Shown: in pieces, positions 52,501 through 60,900 of the stretch | Numbering within the stretch: the stretch's first letter is position 1 | How the letters are laid out: each line of letters opens with the position of its first letter | Translations under genes and position numbers: made by a program | Notes under the pieces: model-generated | Seen by the model: the letters and a program-made list of their open reading frames with translations, nothing else | Database searches by the model: none | What the model was told of the DNA's origin: nothing | Assembly: GCA_051362555.1 (NCBI GenBank) | Contig: CM120641.1 | Location: 48,242,401-48,306,400 of the forward strand | Direction of reading: 5' to 3' | Length of the DNA stretch: 64,000 nt | Source of the DNA: Lingula anatina | Taxonomy: Eukaryota > Animalia > Brachiopoda

Positions 52501-54927
52501 GATAATGTTTTTGTTATTCTTAAGGATGCTTAAATTGACCATTCATTTAAATATTTCAGGTAATATTCGCATGTGTATAAAGTTAAGGCAAAAATCTACT
52601 CCACAGAAATATTGATTAATGAACCCTTTGATGTATTAATTATTATTGATGCAAAACAATATCAATTCAAAAAATAACACAGAAATATTGAGAAATATTT
52701 AAACAACATTTCTATCAATAATTACCTCAGAGAAATCTGCCACCTGCTCCGCCGCCTGTGTCACATAATTCATGAGTTCATCTATCAGGCCCATATACTC
52801 TGGGTCCTCACCAAATATGAAGGCAGTGTCTGGCCATGGTTTCTGTTTCTCTCTGTCCTCCTCCTCCCTCTCCTCGTCATAGTTCAGTTTAAGATCATGT
52901 TTGGGAGGAGAGTAGAACACGGCCAGTCTGGGTTCCCGCAGCATGGAGCCAACTTGAGCTGGTAACAGGATTTAGTCAGTAAATATTTGATATACATAAA
53001 CATTTATAACCTCAATGCACACACACACATAAACAAACACACACACATTTTGCTAATTTTGGTCTATACACACGCATACACACACACATACACACACACA
53101 CTGGTTCACAATTGTTTGATAGAACCCTGAACCTTGATATTAAATGTTTTGCTAGTTTTGGCCTTCACATGCTTATTTTTGCCAAAACAGAGTACATAAC
53201 ACTAGTTAAACCTATCAAATGAAAAAAAAAAAAAAAACAATTAGGTAATATAAATTGAAATAAAATCAAATTATGTAGTAAATATCAAGATACTCTAACA
53301 TTAAAATAGTATCAAAAATGTGTGTACTGACCCACTGTGTATTCAAACCCAGTAATAATCCCCCTCATGGCTCTCTTGATCTCATACTCATTAGGAGAAA
53401 GAGTGCAGTGAGCTCTGTTCTTAGGGATTTCTTTGGCCTGGTTGTCTACCAATGCCGCCTCTGCACCAGCACTGAAAGTAATAATACTTACGTGATTCTT
53501 CATATTATACAATATATTTCATTTTTTCTTATATTTCTATATTTTCTCATTGGCATGGTTGTCTACCAATGCTGCCTTTACTCCAGCACTTGAGGTAGCT
53601 AGTATTGTTAAAGTTAAATGAATCTTATTTATACAATATATTATAATACATTATAGTAAATTCTTTAGAATCTACCGCTCACCCTAATCCATCCTCCTCG
53701 TCTAAGGGGTAGGCAAACTTGAACCTGTTAAACTCTGAGTCCTCCTCTGCCTCTTCTTCTTCCTCATCACTATAGCCAGACTCACTCCCTGAAATATCAT
53801 TCAATATGTACTTCATGAAAAAGTGTTTTCTTCAAGTGTGTGTGTATGTGTGTGTGTGTGTGCATGTGTGTATCTTTATGATAAACAATGTTATGTTACC
53901 TTCATCAATGAATTCTGAATTAGAGATGTAAAATCATTGTTATAGAATAAATATCTACTAAGTAAATATCTACTATGCTAAAAGATTCTGATTCCTTGAA
54001 CTGAGTCCCAAAATACAAAAGTTGGAATTTTCACAAAGAGAGAACAATAGATTCCTAACAAGTACATTCAGCAAGAAAAAAAATATCTTAGCTGATGCTG
54101 ACCCTCTTCAAGAACTACCCCCTTATGTCTTACCTGAGAAATCAGGTTCATCAGGGAAGGTAACAATCTTCTTCCCAGTTTCTGAGGTGAAAGGTCTGTT
54201 ATCTCTGCCACTCCGCTTGCCTTCCCTGGACTTAGGTTGGGACTTGGGCAGGTTATCTGGCACATTAAGTACCAGCTGGACCGATATCACTGGGTCTGGA
54301 ACTTCCTCGTCTACTTCCTGGTTCTTCTTTATCTCCTCCATTACCTTGGATATGAATTATTTATAATAAATTGATGGTAAATGCACTAGGCTATGTAAAC
54401 ATACTGTAAAATCTGTACACACTACAATCTTGACGGCAAATACAAATGAAGGCACCTTTTTTCATTGTAACTAATTGATTCTTTGTGTGTTGCCATCATT
54501 CATATTTTTAGCAATAAAGTAATAGTAATTTTCCAATGCTATCAATAGTTTTCTGAAACACTGCACCTGGTAATAAGTATAAACCTTGGATTCAAAACAC
54601 ATATAAGTAAAGAAATTGCACATATTTTCCCCTCTGCAACAACTTACATCATCAGCATTCAGTGTTTTGGTTTCTTCTGGCTGCTTGTCAAAGTCAAACT
54701 TGGGAATATCATAGGTTGTCTCCATTATCCCCTGGCGCTCCTTCCCTCTGTGTTTCATACTGGCAGGGGTGCCAGTTCTTTGGGAATCTGGAGTGTCCTG
54801 TCTCAGGTTGAACCCTCTCCTTTAAACGGAAGCAGAATCTGTTAAACTTGGGGATGTCAGACAGGGTAGAACAAATTTTGGAGGAAGTTTGAAAATATGA
54901 CAAGTGTTTAGTGAGAGAAAGAAAGAA

Positions 54928-54991
<64 letters not shown>

Positions 54992-57900
54992 GTTACTATG
55001 TCAATCTGTGTCTCTGTAAGCCATAGTAAGTGTGTAATGTGTGAACATTAATGAATTACTCCATTCTAATTTGTTGGGATCAGAACAACTTTAAAAGAAG
55101 ACCACCATTTTTCGAGCTTTCACCTTACCTGAAACCTCCCCCAGTTTTCCTTGGAGGCAGGGGAGAGCCTTCTGTGGAGGAATTGTCTTCATCTTCATCA
55201 TCATCATCTTCTTCATCCTCTTCCTGTAATTAGGTGAATAGATCCATATAGAACAATGGTTGCTTTTCCTCTACTGAATGTATACTTAAAATAACATATA
55301 GAAATGAGGTTTCTTTAACATAATATAATAATATAATACAGATATCCAAATATTTTTCCTCTATGAATATCTGTTTGAAATAACAAATAGTAATTGGGTG
55401 GTTTTAATAAAAATACTAAAGACACTTGTTTTTCATAAGTTTTATGTCTGCAGACATACCTCCACTCCCACATTAAAAGAAGCTATCAGGAAGTTGAGGA
55501 GTTCTTTCACGGCAGTTTTGACAAGTCTTCTTAGCAACTCCAGTAACAGATAGTCAACACTTTTCAGGAACTCTGACAGCCGAGCAAGAATCTTTCTCCA
55601 CTCTGCAATCTGTGCATAACTTGGACGGTCTTCTGAAATAATAGCATACAAATGTGATGTCAAGCTTTGAGTCCACAAAACCCACGAAAATTATGAAGCT
55701 GTGTTTTGTAAGTCTAGCACACACAATGTATTTTCTAATACTTGGGTGCCACGGATATCATAACAAGATATCCTTCCCAAAAAAGCAACTTGTAATTTAC
55801 TTGAGGTACATATATTCTGAAACAATATGTAATCACTGCAGGCTATTTTGAACGTTATACAAACTGCAGATATAAACAGAGGAAGATGGCCACTAACAGC
55901 CATTGTAAGAGTGTAAATTTGACAACTACAGTATATCTGTAGATGTATGTGCATTTGATTTCTTTACTGTATGATCAAAAGATAGTCCAATAAACTAGTC
56001 AACTTACTTGAAATAACTGGCTGTTTCTTGTCATAGACAGGTATCTCTCCATATTTGGTTTTTATTTTGTATTTGACTTCTTTTTGTTGTTCCTGCTCTT
56101 TCTTCACTTTAACTTTTTTGTCCTTTTCTGGTCTTATTCCATGAGTCACCCCCTCCATCTCTGCCACAGTCTGAAAGAAATTATGTATGTAACATTTAGT
56201 ACATCACAGATAATACTCAGACTCTAAATTATTGTTTATATATACAAATTAATGTGTTAAGTCAAGGCATGGAAACTGACAAAAGCAAAAGTAGTATGAA
56301 CATCATAAGCCTAGTAGGTAACAGTGCTTAATGTTCATGGTATCAATGTGTACTTTACGATGAAATCTTATACAATTTTCACAATATTTTTCATACTTAC
56401 AGCACAAGACTTCCAAACGACATCAATCACTTTCTTCCTAAGAGCAAACAACTGTTTTAGTGCCAGTTCTCCCTGCAGCCTCTGAGTGGCCACAAACTCC
56501 TTCAAGGTCAAGGTCACGGCCTTGTTGACCTTGACCAGGCAAATGGCTGCCTCACCAGAGCCAAACCCTGTCAAGCTGCCGGACGCCGCCTCACAGAGAG
56601 ATTGTACATGGAGGACACAGCCTTGCAAGACTTCATTGGCACAAAATAATTGCTTTGTTAAGATTTCCCTGGAAAATTTCAAAACAGTAAACGTCTTGTG
56701 CATCAATATAAACTGCTATCCCAGAAAATGAAAATTCCAATTATATACTAAATCGTCTGTATACATAATTATTGAAAACACTACTAATGAGCATTTTCCT
56801 ATGAAAATTTGAGCAAAAAATATATATCAAGACAAAATCATTAACAAACAGTTCTATTATTTCTATTTCCTCTTTCTGTCTGGGCATAAACATACTAGTA
56901 CTTACAGGCTGTTTGTAGTCTTGTGATTTCTGACATTGTTTTTCCACAAGGTGTAAGCCTTCCATATCCTGTACATTAAAAATATGCTTTGCTATGAAAA
57001 ATATTTTCATCAGAACATACTTTATGAATTGCCAATTGATTTGTTTTTATATGAGGAAAAGTAAGATTATGTTTGAATAAACCATATCAACAAAGGATAA
57101 CTATCAAAATAAATCAGTAAGCTCCCTGATATTCTTTCTCACATTTTGTCATATGAATAAATTACAGGGCTATATTCTTATCAATTCATTTATGATCAAT
57201 CTTCAAACCTGAAGTTGTTGAGGACAGGGAGGTCATAGATCATGTCAAACAGCCTCTTCTCCCACAACCATAACATCACAGGGGTGACAAATGTCTCCTC
57301 TCCATTGGGGGTCTGGATGCACTACACAAACAGAAACAGTAAACATTTCATAACCTCGATTATTGACAGGACTTGAAGATATGTAAGGACTTGAGAGATT
57401 GCAATATATTTTGGAAACATAAGGATGCTCAATGAACTTTAAGACAAAACATATGAATTTAATGAAAGATAATTTCAATCAAGTTTTACTTCTTTCTATT
57501 AAAGTTTTAAAAAGTTAGTAAGAAATTTGAGCCAAGCTGCTTAAAATGTAATGCAATATATAACAGAAAACCCTGAGTATCTAAGCCAAATGCCTCAATT
57601 CTTTTTGTATTGGTCAAAATGTAAAATCAAAATAGCACTGGAAGCTCAGAACCAAAATCATAATTGCATTCTACACTTACCATGGACACACTAGAAACAC
57701 TGACAGTCCAGAACATTCTACACTTACCATGGACACACTAGAAACACTGACAGTCCAGAACATTCTACACTTACCATGGACACACTAGAAGCACTGACAG
57801 TCCAGAACATTCTACACTTACCATGGACACACTAGAAGCACTGACAGTCCAGGACATTCTACACTTACCATGGACACACTAGAAGCACTGACAGTCCAGA

Positions 57901-60900
57901 ACATTCTACACTTACCGTGGACACACTAGAAGCACTGACAGTCCAGAACATTCTACACTTACCATGGACACACTAGAAGCACTGACAGTCCAGAACATTC
58001 TACACTTACCATGGACACACTAGAAGCACTGACAGTCCAGAACATTCTACACTTACCATGGACACACTAGAAGCACTGACAGTCCAGGACATTCTACACT
58101 TACCATGGACACACTAGAAACACTGACGGTCCAGGACATTCTACACTTACCATGGACACACTAGAAGCACTGACGGTCCAGAACATTCTACACTTACCAT
58201 GGACACACTAGAAGCACTGACAGTCCAGAACATTCTACACTTACCATGGACACACTAGAAGCACTGACAGTCCAGAACATTCTACACTTACCATGGACAC
58301 ACTAGAAACACTGACAGTCCAGAACATTCTACACTTACCATGGACACACTAGAAGCACTGACAGTCCAGAACATTCTACACTTACCATGGACACACTAGA
58401 AACACTGACAGTCCAGAACATTCTACACTTACCATGGACACACTAGAAACACTGACAGTCCAGAACATTCTACACTTACCATGGACACACTAGAAGCACT
58501 GACAGTCCAGAACATTCTACACTTACCATGGACACACTAGAAGCACTGACAGTCCAGAACATTCTACACTTACCATGGACACGCTAGAAGCACTGACGGT
58601 CCAGAACATTCTACACTTACCATGGACACACTAGAAGCACTGACAGTCCAGAACATTCTACACTTACCATGGACACACTAGAAGCACTGACAGTCCAGAA
58701 CATTCTACACTTACCATGGACACACTAGAAGCACTGACGGTCCAGAACATTCTACACTTACCATGGACACACTAGAAGCACTGACAGTCCAGAACATTCT
58801 ACACTTACCATGGACACACTAGAAGCACTGACAGTCCAGAACATTCTACACTTACCATGGACACACTAGAAGCACTGACAATCCAGAACATTCTACACTT
58901 ACCATGGACACACTAGAAGCACTGACAGTCCAGGACATTCTACACTTACCATGGACACACTAGAAGCACTGACAGTCCAGAACATTCTACACTTACCATG
59001 GACACACTAGAAGCACTGACAGTCCAGGACATTCTACACTTACCATGGACACACTAGAAACACTGACGGTCCAGGACATTCTACACTTACCATGGACACA
59101 CTAGAAGCACTGACGGTCCAGAACATTCTACACTTACCATGGACACACTAGAAGCACTGACAGTCCAGAACATTCTACACTTACCATGGACACACTAGAA
59201 GCACTGACAGTCCAGGACATTCTACACTTACCATGGACACACTAGAAACACTGACAGTCCAGAACATTCTACACTTACCATGGACACACTAGAAGCACTG
59301 ACAGTCCAGAACATTCTACACTTACCATGGACACACTAGAAACACTGACAGTCCAGAACATTCTACACTTACCATGGACACACTAGAAACACTGACAGTC
59401 CAGAACATTCTACACTTACCATGGACACACTAGAAGCACTGACAGTCCAGAACATTCTACACTTACCATGGACACACTAGAAACACTGACAGTCCAGAAC
59501 ATTCTACACTTACCATGGACACACTAGAAGCACTGACAGTCCAGAACATTCTACACTTACCATGGACACACTAGAAGCACTGACAGTCCAGAACATTCTA
59601 CACTTACCGTGGACACACTAGAAGCACTGACAGTCCAGAACATTCTACACTTACCATGGACACACTAGAAGCACTGACAGTCCAGAACATTCTACACTTA
59701 CCATGGACACACTAGAAGCACTGACAGTCCAGAACATTCTACACTTACCATGGACACACTAGAAGCACTGACAGTCCAGAACATTCTACACTTACCATGG
59801 ACACGCTAGAAGCACTGACGGTCCAGAACATTCTACACTTACCATGGACACACTAGAAGCACTGACAGTCCAGAACATTCTACACTTACCATGGACACAC
59901 TAGAAGCACTGACAGTCCAGAACATTCTACACTTACCATGGACACACTAGAAGCACTGACGGTCCAGAACATTCTACACTTACCATGGACACACTAGAAG
60001 CACTGACAGTCCAGAACATTCTACACTTACCATGGACACACTAGAAGCACTGACGGTCCAGAACATTCTACACTTACCATGGACACACTAGAAACACTGA
60101 CAATCCAGAACATTCTACACTTACCATGGACACACTAGAAGCACTGACAGTCCAGAACACTGGGGAAGCTCTAGCAGCATTCACAGACACAATATCTAAA
60201 TGATAAGGGTTGTATCTGGCTCTAGATTTGTTCCTGTTCTTAGGCAGGCAGTACACAAAGCTCCCTGGGTCTTCTTTACGAAACAGGGAATCCTAGAAAG
60301 ATTAAAAGTTGTATCTATAAAAACATTGGACTTCTTAAAAAGTTCTAAGCCATTGTGCACAAAAAATGTAGAATAAACATTGAAACATTTGAATAAAGTA
60401 TAATAACATTAATGCTTTTCTCATGCATTTGGATATTAAGCAGTGAAAAATTTTTTTTAAATCAATTTAAATATTTTTTGCATAAACTGGCACTTAATAA
60501 TTTCAAATTTATGTAAATTCTTTATAACTGTTATCTAATATCAATAGCTAGTATTCTTTTTCCATACCTCATGCTTCTGATCTGGGTTCTCCATCAGTTT
60601 ATCCATAGCCTTCCTGCAGCCTGGACCATGTCGTGGAAGCTCAGTTTTCCAACCAAGTTCTCTGCGTAGCTTCATTAACCACTCTTCCACATTAGTTTCT
60701 TCTGGTTCTACAATGAAAAGAGTTTCTTCTGTGTTTAAAATCAAAAATATCGGGTTTATGGTAAAAGGATCAGAAACTGAAACATCTATGATGCCTGTAT
60801 TAACTAAAAATATGCACATTTATTATGAGGCTCTTCGAAATGATTTGGGGTAAAAAAAATATGCCAGATAGCTGAATTCAAGCTAAATAGCAATGCTAAA

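Noticed and set aside
54695-54862. DIPKF-like sequence present in an exon and in the upstream intron
   Set aside because: Only about 18 bp with several mismatches; cannot be separated from chance.
57667-60157. CRISPR-like appearance of the 47-bp array
   Set aside because: Units are head-to-tail with no unique spacers, derive from the adjacent exon end, and lie in a spliceosomal intron with no cas genes.
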